Shown: positions 25,006 through 35,567 of the stretch, one piece after another
How the letters are laid out: each line of letters starts with the position of its first letter
How positions within the stretch are numbered: the first letter of the stretch is position 1
DNA from: Clostridia bacterium
GTDB taxonomy: Bacteria; Bacillota; Clostridia; JAAYHZ01
Length of the DNA: 64,000 nucleotides
Reading direction: 5' to 3'
NCBI GenBank assembly: GCA_050950825.1
Contig: JBMNIH010000001.1
Coordinates: 55,073-119,072, forward strand
The notes under the pieces: generated by a model
Seen by the model: only the letters and a program-made list of their open reading frames with translations
The model's database searches: none
Told to the model about the DNA's origin: nothing
Made by a program: the position numbers and the translations under genes

Positions 25006-26606
25006 TGTCGAATCGGTTCGCCGGCACGAGTTTTTTAATAGGGTCTTTGCTCCGAAAAAATCGTATCAAAATACCCATATGGATTCTCTCTATCGCTTTT
25101 TCCGTGATTTTTTTCGGAAAATTAATACCGGATATGTATACCACCGGCGTTGATCGGCAAATCATGGCGGAAACCATGAAAAACCCGGCCGTCACGGTGA
25201 TGCTGGGTCCCGGCTACGGTCTTGATAACTACAACAACGGAGCCATGATGGCTCATTTTATGCTTCTATTTGCAGCCGTTGCCTCCGGTATGATGGGTAT
25301 TCTATTGACTCTTCCCCATACCAGAGAAGACGAAGAAGACGGACGTACCGAAATGATTCGCTCCCTTCCCGTCGGATCCTCATCTTCTTTAACGGCGGCA
25401 ATATCCGTTTCCGCTCTGTCCCAATTGGTTCTCATGCTTTTTGTCGGATGGGGTCTGTATTTTTTGAAGCTTGAGGGTATGGATTTTTCAGGTTCTATGC
25501 TGTACGGAGCCTGTTTGGGAGCCGTCGGTATATTCTTTTCCGCTCTTACCGGGCTTTTTGCTCAATTGATGTCCAACACAAGAGCAACATCGGGAGCCTC
25601 CTTCGTTTTTCTCATAACCGCATATATTGTCAGGGGAATCGGAGATGTAAGCAGTGAGGCGCTTTCTTTAATCTCTCCCTTAGGCTTGATTTTACGGTCG
25701 CAGGTTTATGTCAAAAACCGATGGTACCCCGTATGGATTACGCTTGCCTTATCCCTTGCTTTATTCGCTGTTTCCTTGTACCTTTGCTCCGTTCGCGATT
25801 TGGGTGCCGGCTTTATAGCCACAAAGCCGGGAAGATCAAAAGCTTCCAAGCTTTTAACGGGTCCTTTTGGACTTTCCTTCAGGCTGCTGCGAACGCCTTT
25901 TCTTGCGTGGGCTGTGGGGATGTTTGCTTTAGGTGCGGCCTACGGGTCGGTATTAGGCGACTTGGAAGGCTTTATCGAAAGCAGCGAGCTTGTTCGACAA
26001 ATGATTCCCGAGCAGGAAGGCTTGAGTATGACCGAAGGCTTTATCGCCTTGATAATCGCCGTTTTAAGCATCCTCGGAGCGGTTCCCGTCTTAATGTTCA
26101 CTTTGAAACTAAGAAACGAAGAAAAGAAAAACCGAACCGAAGCTCTTTTGTCCAATGCCGTATCACGAAGAGGCGTTTTAGGTGGATACCTTCTTGTCGC
26201 TCTCCTTATGTCCGTTACGGTACAAATCATGTCTGCATTAGGTTTATGGTCGGCAGCGGTTGCGGTCATGGAAGAGGCGGTATCTTTAAAAACCTTGATT
26301 ACGGCGGCGCTCGTTCATGTACCGGCCATATGGCTGATGTCGGGACTTTCCCTTTTACTCGTCGGGTTTTTCCCGAACCGAACCGGGTTTATATGGCTGT
26401 ACTTGACTTATGCCTTTTTCGTCATTTATATGGGAGATATGCTGAAGCTTCCGGAATGGACATACCGCTTATCTCCTTTCGGATATGTTCCCATGATACC
26501 CGCAGACGAGATCAATTTCGTGACCCTTCTTCTGTTAACGTTTATTGCCGCTTTATTCATGTTCCTCGGTTTCATCGGGTATGAAAGACGGGATTTGGAA
26601 GGTTGA
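25002..26606 (+). CDS. ABC exporter permease (TnrB3/NarB-like)
   Basis: 534 aa, two repeated multi-TM halves with TREDEEDGRTE and EEKKNRTE motifs; ATGA overlap with the ATPase. Confidence 0.85.
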   Translation: MMSNRFAGTSFLIGSLLRKNRIKIPIWILSIAFSVIFFGKLIPDMYTTGVDRQIMAETMKNPAVTVMLGPGYGLDNYNNGAMMAHFMLLFAAVASGMMGILLTLPHTREDEEDGRTEMIRSLPVGSSSSLTAAISVSALSQLVLMLFVGWGLYFLKLEGMDFSGSMLYGACLGAVGIFFSALTGLFAQLMSNTRATSGASFVFLITAYIVRGIGDVSSEALSLISPLGLILRSQVYVKNRWYPVWITLALSLALFAVSLYLCSVRDLGAGFIATKPGRSKASKLLTGPFGLSFRLLRTPFLAWAVGMFALGAAYGSVLGDLEGFIESSELVRQMIPEQEGLSMTEGFIALIIAVLSILGAVPVLMFTLKLRNEEKKNRTEALLSNAVSRRGVLGGYLLVALLMSVTVQIMSALGLWSAAVAVMEEAVSLKTLITAALVHVPAIWLMSGLSLLLVGFFPNRTGFIWLYLTYAFFVIYMGDMLKLPEWTYRLSPFGYVPMIPADEINFVTLLLLTFIAALFMFLGFIGYERRDLEG

Positions 26607-26610
26607 GGAT

Positions 26611-26642
26611 AAAAAAACAGGAGATTTCACTCCTGTTTTTTT
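26611..26642. terminator. Bidirectional intrinsic terminator
   Basis: A7-CAGGAG-ATTTCA-CTCCTG-T7 between convergent genes. Confidence 0.85.
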
Positions 26643-26655
26643 ATCCTGTGAACTT

Positions 26656-28611
26656 TTAGATCTTCAACGCGACTTTACGTCCGTCCGCCACGGCTTCGAA
26701 TATCTTTCCCGCCTTCTTGGCATCGCCGATTACTTCATGAGGTATACCCATTTTCTCCAGTTCTTTGGCCAATTCGTTGGAGGAAGCGGTACCGATAGCG
26801 GAAATAACGGTATCGACACCGTCTAAGGTCAATTCTCCGTTCGGGCAATTGCAAAGGATGCGGTCTTCCGTTACATCCTTGACTTCGATACCGGTCAGAA
26901 TTTCTACACCTTTATCCTTCAAGCGAGAAACCAAATAATCTCTTACCGGCGTAAAATCGTCGGTCATGATATTGTCCTTCATTTCCACAACGGTGATCTT
27001 TCTTCCGCCTAATGTACGGAAATCGTGTGCATCCGCTAAGAAATCCGCCGTTTCGCAGCCTACGGAACCGCCGCCGATAATGACGATGTTGTTTCCGACG
27101 GGTTTTTCGCTTTTTAAAGCTTCCCATGCCGTCATTACGTTTTTATGGCTGCAGCACTTAAGCCAACCGGGCAAAATGGGCTTTCCGCCTGTAGCTACGA
27201 CTACGAAATCGGGCTTCATTTCCTTGATTTCATCGGCCGTAATCCGATGTCCGGTTACCACCTTCGCATCGGTCTTTTTCAATTCGTTAATGAAATATTT
27301 CAACCCTGCCGCAAGTTCTTGTTTCACAGGCGGATAGCTTGCCAAGATAAATTGACCTCCCAATTTCTTGTCCGCTTCTACCAATGTGACGTCGTGTCCA
27401 CGTTGAGCCAGCACGCGGGCGGCTTCCAATCCTGCCGGTCCTCCCCCCACAACCAATACTTTCTTCTTGGTTTCTGCAGGACGAATATCGTCCAAGGCCA
27501 CTTGCCCTACTGCGGGATTCATAGCACAGCGAATGGAGTTACCTACTAAGGACTGTGCAAAGCAGGTTAAACAACCGATACACGGACGAATATCGTCGTC
27601 TCGGCCTTCTTTTGCTTTATTGGGCAATTCCGGGTCGCACATCATGGCACGTCCCATGTATACGAAGTCCACCATTCCCGTTTCGATCAGCATGTCGGCA
27701 ATCCAAGGCTCTTTAATGCGTCCCGGACAGCCTACGGGTATGGAAACGGCCTTTTTAATGGCTTCCACGTAAGGAGCGTTAAGGGCCGTCGGTGTCCCTG
27801 TAGGAGGAAGCAGCGTGCCCGAATTAAACAAGGATCCGTTGGAGAAATCAAGATAATCTACGCCTGCCTTTTCCAGTAAACGAGCGACATAGATCATATC
27901 GATCAAACGGTTGGAGCCGGGCTCCATTTCATCGGCGGACAGTCTTACGCTGACGGGAAAATCTTCTCCGACAACGTTTCTTACGGCTTCCACAACTTCA
28001 AGTAGCAAACGAACGCGGCCGTTAATATCTCCGCCGTATTCGTCCGTTCGTTTATTCATGGTAGGCGACAAGAAGTTGCCGAGCAGACCGTGGGTATGAG
28101 CGCAGTGGATCTCTACGGAATCGCATCCTGCGTTCTTCGCTCTTCGAGCGGCATCCGCGTATTTTTGAATGTATTCTTCTATATCGGCTTTGGTCATTTC
28201 GATAGGAACATCTCCACGATTCCAAATGTGCGGTATCGGAGAAGCCGCTAAGGGCATAACACCGCTGAAAGCGGAGGAAGCAAATGCGCCGGCTTGTATC
28301 AGCTGGGCGGATACCTTCGCACCGTGGCGATGCACGGCTTCGGTGATGCGAGCAAGACCCTTCGCCGTTTCGTCATCATAGATTCCGAACATTTTCGGCA
28401 TGTATCGACGGAGTCCGTCGATATCGCAGGCTTCAATGGTGATTAATCCCGCACCGCCTTTGGCCATATTTTCGTAATAGCGAACCATTTCATCGGTCAC
28501 TTCGCTCTTATCCGAAGCTTGGTTGGAATGCATAGGAGGAACAAAAATTCGATTGTGAATTTCCAAGTTTCGAAAACGAATCGGTTTAAACAAATTAGGA
28601 TACTTCGTCAT
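26656..28611 (-). CDS. NADH:flavin oxidoreductase (OYE + FeS + FAD/NAD domains; BaiH/2,4-dienoyl-CoA reductase-like)
   Basis: HCAHTH..FLSP..NKRTDEYGG, CIGCLTC..C FeS motif, GGGPAG, GGGSVG; start at MTKYP after an AAGGAG RBS. Confidence 0.9.
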   Translation of the reverse strand: MTKYPNLFKPIRFRNLEIHNRIFVPPMHSNQASDKSEVTDEMVRYYENMAKGGAGLITIEACDIDGLRRYMPKMFGIYDDETAKGLARITEAVHRHGAKVSAQLIQAGAFASSAFSGVMPLAASPIPHIWNRGDVPIEMTKADIEEYIQKYADAARRAKNAGCDSVEIHCAHTHGLLGNFLSPTMNKRTDEYGGDINGRVRLLLEVVEAVRNVVGEDFPVSVRLSADEMEPGSNRLIDMIYVARLLEKAGVDYLDFSNGSLFNSGTLLPPTGTPTALNAPYVEAIKKAVSIPVGCPGRIKEPWIADMLIETGMVDFVYMGRAMMCDPELPNKAKEGRDDDIRPCIGCLTCFAQSLVGNSIRCAMNPAVGQVALDDIRPAETKKKVLVVGGGPAGLEAARVLAQRGHDVTLVEADKKLGGQFILASYPPVKQELAAGLKYFINELKKTDAKVVTGHRITADEIKEMKPDFVVVATGGKPILPGWLKCCSHKNVMTAWEALKSEKPVGNNIVIIGGGSVGCETADFLADAHDFRTLGGRKITVVEMKDNIMTDDFTPVRDYLVSRLKDKGVEILTGIEVKDVTEDRILCNCPNGELTLDGVDTVISAIGTASSNELAKELEKMGIPHEVIGDAKKAGKIFEAVADGRKVALKI

Positions 28612-28797
28612 CGTGTCACTCTCCTTCGTTAATTTATTCAAGATTTAACTTGTATCTCTATTATACCGGTATTCGTTTAAAAAAACTTATACTTTATAAA
28701 ATAATTGTTATATTATTAACTAACTTTTTGTCGGAAAAACGGGTGAAAAATTGAAAATAAAAAAAATTCCGGCTTTTTAAATTAAAACCGGAAATAC

Positions 28798-28872
28798 TGG
28801 AGCCGCTGGTGGGAATCGAACCCACGGCCTGCTCATTACGAGTGAGCTGCTCTACCTCTGAGCCACAGCGGC
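28798..28872 (-). tRNA. tRNA-Thr(CGT)
   Basis: GCCGCTGTGGCTCAGAGGTAGAGCAGCTCACTCGTAATGAGCAGGCCGTGGGTTCGATTCCCACCAGCGGCTCCA. Confidence 0.96.
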
Positions 28873-28885
28873 AATCGCATTCTCT

Positions 28886-28914
28886 ATTGTACTTGCATCT
28901 TTCCCGATTGTCAA
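28886..28914 (-). promoter_or_regulatory. sigma-A promoter of tRNA-Thr
   Basis: TTGACA-17 nt-TACAAT. Confidence 0.8.
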
Positions 28915-28958
28915 TACCGTGTTTTCAATGTTTTTTAATTTCTCATTGAAAAATTCAA

Positions 28959-29711
28959 TTAAAGCACGGCTGCAGCCGATGTGATTATGGTATATATCCC
29001 CGATACGGCCAAGAAAATATACACCGCCTTATTAAATACATTCACGTTCATTTTATGAAAAACCTTAAGACCGATGATGCTTCCGATGAGAACGCCGATA
29101 TATCCGACACCGGAAAAAGCGACAGTGGACCATACCACGTTCCCGTATAATATATGGAGCATCACGCTGAAGAGGGTGGCAAGCATAAAGTAAAGCTGCA
29201 AATTGGCCATGTACCGCTCCTTCGACAGGTTTCCGGCCATAAAATACAACACGATGGGAGGTCCGGAAATGTTAAACATGCCTCCGAAGACACCGCTTAT
29301 GAAACCGAATATAAGGCCGTTTTTTACCGTATATTGAATTTGCACGCGGTTCTTGTAGAAAGCAAAATAGATTGCGAGAACAACAAAAGAAAATCCTAAG
29401 AAAATCTTTATGTATTCCCCTTCCGATCCCATCAAAAATTGCATTCCCAATACTCTTCCCGCCATGCTTGCAACCAAGGGAATCATCACGATTTTCATAT
29501 CAATATCTTTTCGCAATTTGTACGTGTTCCGGATATAGCATAAAGTGCCCAATATGGACAAAATGGCTACCGATTGCTTTAGAGGCAGGATCATGACGAT
29601 AAACGGCAACGCAATGATGGCAAAGCCGAAGCCGATGGAAGATTGAACAAATCCGGCCCCTAAAGCAATAAAAAGAATGGCTAATAGATTCCAAAGCGTA
29701 ATATGTTCCAA
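28959..29711 (-). CDS. TauE/SafE family membrane protein
   Basis: GFVQSSIGFGF and GGMFNISGPP repeats, ~8 TM. Confidence 0.85.
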   Translation of the reverse strand: MEHITLWNLLAILFIALGAGFVQSSIGFGFAIIALPFIVMILPLKQSVAILSILGTLCYIRNTYKLRKDIDMKIVMIPLVASMAGRVLGMQFLMGSEGEYIKIFLGFSFVVLAIYFAFYKNRVQIQYTVKNGLIFGFISGVFGGMFNISGPPIVLYFMAGNLSKERYMANLQLYFMLATLFSVMLHILYGNVVWSTVAFSGVGYIGVLIGSIIGLKVFHKMNVNVFNKAVYIFLAVSGIYTIITSAAAVL

Positions 29712-29736
29712 GTAGAAAACCTCAATTGTCTATATT

Positions 29737-30882
29737 TCAAAACTCGATCTTTTCAAACATATTCTTTTCCGCCGATTCGTTGGCCTTAATGCACATTAAG
29801 CAGCTTAACAGCCCCGCTTCCAAAGGAGCTACCGATTCCCCTTCTCCGCGCATAATGTCGATAAAGCTGAAGGCCAGAACGCTGTCTCCTCCTCCGTGGG
29901 ACATGGATTTGGTATTGACATCGTAGGTTTCAACCCGAGGCGTATCGTGCATAAATATCTTCAGCTGGTCTTTGTACCAATCGAATTCCAACGTCCCTTT
30001 GTAGCCTAAGAATCTTGCGCCTCTTGTTCCCGCCCCTTTTCTTGCAAAAAAGTTTTGGGTGTAGTTTACATGCATTCCGGTGGAATAGCGGATGATGGCA
30101 CTGCCGGAATCCTCGTTGCCGGTATCAACGGCAAAGCTGCACATATCCCCTTGGGGATTGTCGTACTTCACATACTTCATTTGGTAAGGTCCTTCCGGGC
30201 ACGTGTTCTTTTCCGGGCAGTCTTTGCAATACAAACCGGCAGGCTTGTCCCCTTTGAATATTTGTTTGGATTTCATGGCACAGACCATCACCGGGTCGAT
30301 TTGCAGAATGTTGTTTATGTAATCGAAATCATGGGTGGCCTTCTGCAAAAACAGACCTCCGGTTTCGTTTTCGTCACGATACCAATTATGGAAGTAGACT
30401 CCGCCGTAAGGCACGTTGTTATATGCTTGAACATGCTCCACGGTTCCGATTTTACCGGAATCGATAATTTCTTTCGCAAGCTTTGCCAAAGGTGTCACGC
30501 GAAGAGGAAAAGAAACGACCACCTTGCTTTTGGATTCTTCATAAGCTTTCTTCAGCATCAGCAAATCTTCCATGCATGTAGATACCGGTTTTTCAATAAA
30601 CATGGGCAGGTTTCGCTTTAAGACCTTCGCCCCATACCGGCTGTGCAGTGAACAGCGGGTACCGATCATGACCCCGTCCAATTCCTCTTGGTCCAGCATT
30701 TGGTCGGCATCCAAATACATCCTTATCTCGTCGTTCCAAATGCCTCTTTTTTGAAGGTTGCCCTTCGCATTTTCGGGATTAATATCCGTAACCGCAACAA
30801 GCTTTATATCACCTGCCAGCTCCAATACCAGCTTCGCCATACCGGTGATCCGGGTACCGCATCCGATAATTCCTAATTTCAT
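29737..30882 (-). CDS. Gfo/Idh/MocA family oxidoreductase
   Basis: GIIGCG, EKP, KATHDFD; start at MKLG after GGAGG. Confidence 0.88.
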   Translation of the reverse strand: MKLGIIGCGTRITGMAKLVLELAGDIKLVAVTDINPENAKGNLQKRGIWNDEIRMYLDADQMLDQEELDGVMIGTRCSLHSRYGAKVLKRNLPMFIEKPVSTCMEDLLMLKKAYEESKSKVVVSFPLRVTPLAKLAKEIIDSGKIGTVEHVQAYNNVPYGGVYFHNWYRDENETGGLFLQKATHDFDYINNILQIDPVMVCAMKSKQIFKGDKPAGLYCKDCPEKNTCPEGPYQMKYVKYDNPQGDMCSFAVDTGNEDSGSAIIRYSTGMHVNYTQNFFARKGAGTRGARFLGYKGTLEFDWYKDQLKIFMHDTPRVETYDVNTKSMSHGGGDSVLAFSFIDIMRGEGESVAPLEAGLLSCLMCIKANESAEKNMFEKIEF

Positions 30883-30923
30883 ACCATACCTCCGATCATT
30901 CGCATATTTAATCGATGAAATCT

Positions 30924-32219
30924 TTAAATTTCCAATCTTTTTCGTATTCTTTTTACTTCGGCTTTTATTCTTTCCGTATCCATGCAAAGGATTTCTCGAT
31001 CCCTCATAACCGTCTCTCCGTCTATGATAACGGTTTTTACGTCGCTTCCCTGCATGGAATATACGATTTGAGCGATAGGATCTCCGGAGCCCGGAACGTT
31101 GTGGAATCCGGTTTCGTCCAGCAATACGATATCCGCCAAATATCCTCTTTCAAGCTTGCCGATTGGAAATCCCAACGCCTTCCCGCCGTTTTCGGTTGCC
31201 ATACGGAAGGTTTCCCGTGCACTCATTAATTTGCTGTCTCGATGAACCCCTTTATGAATCAAAGAAGCGATATGCATTTCTTCGATCATATTCAAATTGT
31301 TGTTTGAAGCGGCTCCGTCGGTACCCAAGCATACACAAATCCCTTCTTTTAGCATCTTATCGACGGGAGATATTCCGGACCCTAACTTTAAATTGCTTGT
31401 AGGGTTGTGTACCGGATAAATCCTTTTATCCTTCATAAAGGAAATATCGGCATCATCCACGTGTACCGTATGGGCCGCGATAACCGGAACACGAAACATC
31501 CCCAGCTCCTCCATGGTTTCCAATACTCTTTTTCCGAACTTCGACTCTAAGCTCCTTTTTTCATCGGCGGTTTCCAAAACGTGAATATGAATGGTGCTGT
31601 TCGTTTCAGCGGCCAAATCCACCGACTCTTTAATTCTGTCATAATCGTACAGATACAAAGAATGAATTTCCATGGATACTCGAATCCTGTTGTTTGCAGC
31701 CCCATGGTATTCTTTAAGAAAGCTTTCATACCCTTGCTTGTCGAAAAGAGTTCCTCTTTCAATCCTGCTGTCCGAGGTTAAAGTATTTTTCGATATGTTC
31801 GCCCGCATTTTGCTGTCGATTACCGCTTTTGCGCACTGCTCCATATCCAAATACATATCCAAAAAACAAGTGGTGCCGGAAGAAATCATCTCACAAGCCG
31901 CCAGCATGGTCCCCCAATAATAGTCGTCGCCCGCAAGGCGGGCTTCGATGGGTATAATATGTCCGAAAAGCCAATCTTCCAGCTTCATATCGTTGGCAAT
32001 GTTTCTTAAAATGACCATAGGTGCATGGCAGTGGCAATTGACCAATCCCGGTATGGCAATGCAGCCCTTCCCGTCTATAATTTGATCAAAGGGACCTTGT
32101 GCTTCCGTTCTTTTTCCTGCATAGGTAATGAGATTTCCCTCATAGATGATCATGCCGTCATCCATAACTTCGCTATCCGCATCTCTTACCAGCTTGACAT
32201 TCTTGATTAACCCTTTCAT
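30924..32219 (-). CDS. mtaD: 5-methylthioadenosine/S-adenosylhomocysteine deaminase
   Basis: HCH, HVLET, AHTVH, NLKLGSG, GTDGAASNN motifs; adjacent to ahcY and PNP. Confidence 0.85.
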   Translation of the reverse strand: MKGLIKNVKLVRDADSEVMDDGMIIYEGNLITYAGKRTEAQGPFDQIIDGKGCIAIPGLVNCHCHAPMVILRNIANDMKLEDWLFGHIIPIEARLAGDDYYWGTMLAACEMISSGTTCFLDMYLDMEQCAKAVIDSKMRANISKNTLTSDSRIERGTLFDKQGYESFLKEYHGAANNRIRVSMEIHSLYLYDYDRIKESVDLAAETNSTIHIHVLETADEKRSLESKFGKRVLETMEELGMFRVPVIAAHTVHVDDADISFMKDKRIYPVHNPTSNLKLGSGISPVDKMLKEGICVCLGTDGAASNNNLNMIEEMHIASLIHKGVHRDSKLMSARETFRMATENGGKALGFPIGKLERGYLADIVLLDETGFHNVPGSGDPIAQIVYSMQGSDVKTVIIDGETVMRDREILCMDTERIKAEVKRIRKRLEI

Positions 32220-32239
32220 TTTCTTACCTCGATCGTATA

Positions 32240-33487
32240 TTAAAGATCCCAACTGCTCAGATATTTTCTTTGCTCTTCATCCAATACGTCGATGGTCTTA
32301 CCCCGGCTTTCCAGATTGATGAAGGCAACATTTTTATCGATGGACTCCGGTACGGCATAGACGTTTTTTTGAAGCTCTTTTCCCTTTTCCAATAGGTACA
32401 AATTGCACAAAGCTTGAAGGGCAAAGCTCATATCCATAATTTCAGCCGGATGCCCGTCTCCCGCCGCCAAATTGACCAAACGTCCCTCCGCCAACAGATA
32501 GATTTCATTCCCGTTTTCAAGAGTGTATCCGGTTATGTTACGACGAGCTTGGCGTTTGGAAACGGCCGCCTGCTCCAGCTGCTCCACACTGATTTCCACG
32601 TTAAAATGACCGGCGTTGCATAAAATGGCTCCGTTTTTCAGCTTGGAAAAATGCCGCTTCGTAATCACGTCCTTGCATCCCGTGACGGTTATGAAAAGAT
32701 CTCCAATTTCACAGGCTTGATCCATGGGCATTACGTCAAATCCGTCCATTATCGCTTCACAAGCCTTAATGGGGTCGATTTCGGTAATCACCACATGGGC
32801 ACCGAAGCCTTTCGCTCGCATAGCTACGCCTTTTCCGCACCATCCGTACCCGGCGATGACGACGGTTTTACCGGCAACGATAAGATTGGTGGTTCTGTTA
32901 ATCCCGTCCCAAACCGATTGTCCCGTGCCGTAGCGATTGTCAAACAGGTATTTCATCTTTGCGTCATTCACGGCAATCATGGGGAATTTCAGTTTCTTTT
33001 CTTTTGCCAAGGCGCGTAGGCGCATAACACCTGTTGTGGTTTCTTCGCAGCCGCCGATGAGGTTTTCCGCAAATTCCGGACATACGGTGTGCAAAAGATG
33101 CACCAAATCTCCGCCGTCGTCTATGATGAGGTGAGGCTTGCATTCCAAAACCTTAATCAAATTGTTTACGTATTCTTCCTCGGTACAGTCGTACCATGCA
33201 AAAACATTGATCCCCTCTTTCACCAGGGCGGCGGCCACGTCGTCTTGGGTAGACAAGGGGTTGCATCCCGTTAAATAGACGGTTGCTCCTAATTCCTTCA
33301 GCTTTAACGCCAAATAGGCGGTTTTTGCTTCCAAGTGAATCGACATGGCGATTCGGTATCCGGAAAAAGGTTTTTGATCTCGATAAATCTCCGCTATTTT
33401 GTTTAATATGGGCATCTTGTTTGCTACCCAACGAATCTTTTGTTGTCCGGATTCATAGACTTCCGTATTCTTCACGGCATAAGACAT
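32240..33487 (-). CDS. ahcY: Adenosylhomocysteinase (short archaeal/Thermotoga-type)
   Basis: HLEAKTA, NPLSTQD, DDGGD, EETTTG, DNRYGTGQS, GYGWCGKG, GHPAEIMD. Confidence 0.95.
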   Translation of the reverse strand: MSYAVKNTEVYESGQQKIRWVANKMPILNKIAEIYRDQKPFSGYRIAMSIHLEAKTAYLALKLKELGATVYLTGCNPLSTQDDVAAALVKEGINVFAWYDCTEEEYVNNLIKVLECKPHLIIDDGGDLVHLLHTVCPEFAENLIGGCEETTTGVMRLRALAKEKKLKFPMIAVNDAKMKYLFDNRYGTGQSVWDGINRTTNLIVAGKTVVIAGYGWCGKGVAMRAKGFGAHVVITEIDPIKACEAIMDGFDVMPMDQACEIGDLFITVTGCKDVITKRHFSKLKNGAILCNAGHFNVEISVEQLEQAAVSKRQARRNITGYTLENGNEIYLLAEGRLVNLAAGDGHPAEIMDMSFALQALCNLYLLEKGKELQKNVYAVPESIDKNVAFINLESRGKTIDVLDEEQRKYLSSWDL

Positions 33488-33509
33488 AACGTACCTTCCT
33501 TTCCAAGGA

Positions 33510-34319
33510 TCATATCCGATCCAATATTTCTTTTACGAAAGAAATAAAGAGGGGTTTTATACGATCTCCGGTTTCCATAACCTCTTCATGACTTAGGGGT
33601 TGATCCAAAACTCCGGCCGCCATGTTGGATATGCAGGATATTCCCAAAACTTTAATACCGCAGTGATTTGCCGTTATGACCTCCGGAACCGTCGACATTC
33701 CCACCGCATCTCCCCCCAATATGCGTATCGCTCGGATTTCAGCGGGAGTTTCGAACATGGGACCTTGCGTGAAAACATACACCCCTTTTCGTACGGGAAT
33801 ATTCAGCTTTTTTGCACAAGCTTCTGCAATACGAATCAATTCGGGATTGTATGCATAAGACATGTCCGGAAAGCGGGGACCGAACTCCGAAAAATTCGGA
33901 CCTCTTAAAGGAGACGGAGCAAAAAGGCCGATATGATCGGTGATAATCATCAAATCTCCCGGATTAAACTCGGTATTAACCCCTCCGGCCGCGTTGGTAA
34001 TAATCAGCTTTTCGACTCCTAAAAGCTTCATCAGCCGTACACCGTATACAACCCGAGAAGGTTCGTACCCTTCGTAAAAATGGAAACGTCCTTTCATCAG
34101 TACGGCAAATTTTCCATTGTACTCACCGAACACCAGCCGTCCGTCATGACCGGGAACCGTGGATACCGGAAACTCCGGTATTTCGTTATACGAAATCTCG
34201 ATTTTGTTTTCAAAAGAATCGGTTACTCCGCCTAATCCCGACCCTAAAATCAAACCGTAAGATACTTTTCTTTTTATGATATTGTACACATAATTATAGG
34301 CTTTTTTCAGTTCTTCCAT
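33510..34319 (-). CDS. punA: Purine-nucleoside phosphorylase (trimeric type)
   Basis: LGSGLG, GRFHFYEG, TNAAGG, GPMFETPAE, GMSTVPE, SHEEV. Confidence 0.93.
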   Translation of the reverse strand: MEELKKAYNYVYNIIKRKVSYGLILGSGLGGVTDSFENKIEISYNEIPEFPVSTVPGHDGRLVFGEYNGKFAVLMKGRFHFYEGYEPSRVVYGVRLMKLLGVEKLIITNAAGGVNTEFNPGDLMIITDHIGLFAPSPLRGPNFSEFGPRFPDMSYAYNPELIRIAEACAKKLNIPVRKGVYVFTQGPMFETPAEIRAIRILGGDAVGMSTVPEVITANHCGIKVLGISCISNMAAGVLDQPLSHEEVMETGDRIKPLFISFVKEILDRI

Positions 34320-34335
34320 GGTTCCATCTCCTTTA

Positions 34336-35529
34336 TCATATATCCAGACTGTTCATATCCGGCCGTCTTCTTTTTCGAGTCATCTCCACTAAATTCAACT
34401 TCGTTATTCCTACGACTACGGTTCTTGTTTTGTCTTCCTTCAAGGACCTTTTAAGCTCCTCCAGCAAAACACGCTTGTCTTCCTCTTGCTTCATATCAAT
34501 GAAATCGATAATAATGATACCGCCGATATCTCGCAAACGCAATTGCTTCGCAATTTCTCTTGCCGCTTGGATATTGGTTTCCATGATGGTATCACGAAGC
34601 TCGCTTTTTCCCACATTCTTCCCCGTATTCACATCGATGACCGTCAAAGCTTCCGTTTTGTCTATGACAATATATCCGCCGCATTTTAACCAAACCTTTC
34701 TTGCCGCCATTTTTACAAGGCAGGCATCGATTCGGTCGTGCCAAAATCGGCTTTCTTCCACGCCGGCGTACTTTAATACCGATCTTGACTCCGGAGATAT
34801 CCATCCGAGCATTTCATCCATAACACGATATACATCCGTATCGTCGGTAATCACCTTTTCCACGGATTGCTTAAGCAACTCTCGAATGGCGAATTCCACC
34901 GCATCGGCACCGTGGTACAGCAAACAAGGAACGGGCCCGTCCGATTCTTTTTTCATAATTCCTTCGATTCTATGCATGATGAAAGACAAATCGTTGCAAA
35001 TTTGGTCTTCCTCCGCACCTTCCGCCTCCGTCCGAATAATCAAACCGAAGCCTTCCGGTTTAATCTTGCTTGCCAAGCGGAACAATCTTTCTCTTTCCGC
35101 CAAGTCCTTGATCTTTTTTGAAACGTAAGCGCCTTCGCTTCCCGGTATGCAGATTACGTACATACCGGCAAAGGTAACGTTTGTTGTCACCCGAGGACCT
35201 TTGCTTCCCGGAGCTTCTTTCAAAACCTGCACGGTTATCTTATCTCCCGGCTTCAGCTGCGCTAGGGTTTGCTCTCCTGACAACATCATTTTAACGGATG
35301 CACGGTTTTCACCCAAGTACAAATAGGCGTTTTTATGTACACCGATATCAATAAAAGCGGCTTGCATGCCGGGCAGGTAACTTTGGATCTTTCCTCGATA
35401 TACGTTGCCTACGATTCCGCTGTCATTTTTTCTATCGATATACAACTCCGCAATTCGATCGTTTTCGTATAAAGCAATTCGCAATTCGTTTTCGTGCTTT
35501 CCTATAAACAATGTGTCCGACACCGACAT
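34336..35529 (-). CDS. rng: Ribonuclease G/E family
   Basis: S1 domain GNVYRG, KGPRVT, IDVNTG, RLRDIGGIIIIDFID; start at MSVSD after GGAGG. Confidence 0.9.
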   Translation of the reverse strand: MSVSDTLFIGKHENELRIALYENDRIAELYIDRKNDSGIVGNVYRGKIQSYLPGMQAAFIDIGVHKNAYLYLGENRASVKMMLSGEQTLAQLKPGDKITVQVLKEAPGSKGPRVTTNVTFAGMYVICIPGSEGAYVSKKIKDLAERERLFRLASKIKPEGFGLIIRTEAEGAEEDQICNDLSFIMHRIEGIMKKESDGPVPCLLYHGADAVEFAIRELLKQSVEKVITDDTDVYRVMDEMLGWISPESRSVLKYAGVEESRFWHDRIDACLVKMAARKVWLKCGGYIVIDKTEALTVIDVNTGKNVGKSELRDTIMETNIQAAREIAKQLRLRDIGGIIIIDFIDMKQEEDKRVLLEELKRSLKEDKTRTVVVGITKLNLVEMTRKRRRPDMNSLDI

Positions 35530-35567
35530 CCCTCCGCTAATTGTTCCGCAATGAACCGGTTTTCGCC

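Noticed and set aside
25721-26584. 287-aa alternative-frame ORF and other long shadow ORFs (e.g. 9465-10172, 34430-35128, 52913-53650)
   Set aside because: They overlap well-supported genes and show no recognisable motifs or RBS.
26656-28611. Bile-acid bai operon or bilirubin reductase
   Set aside because: No other bai genes are adjacent and the HGDR motif of BilR is absent.
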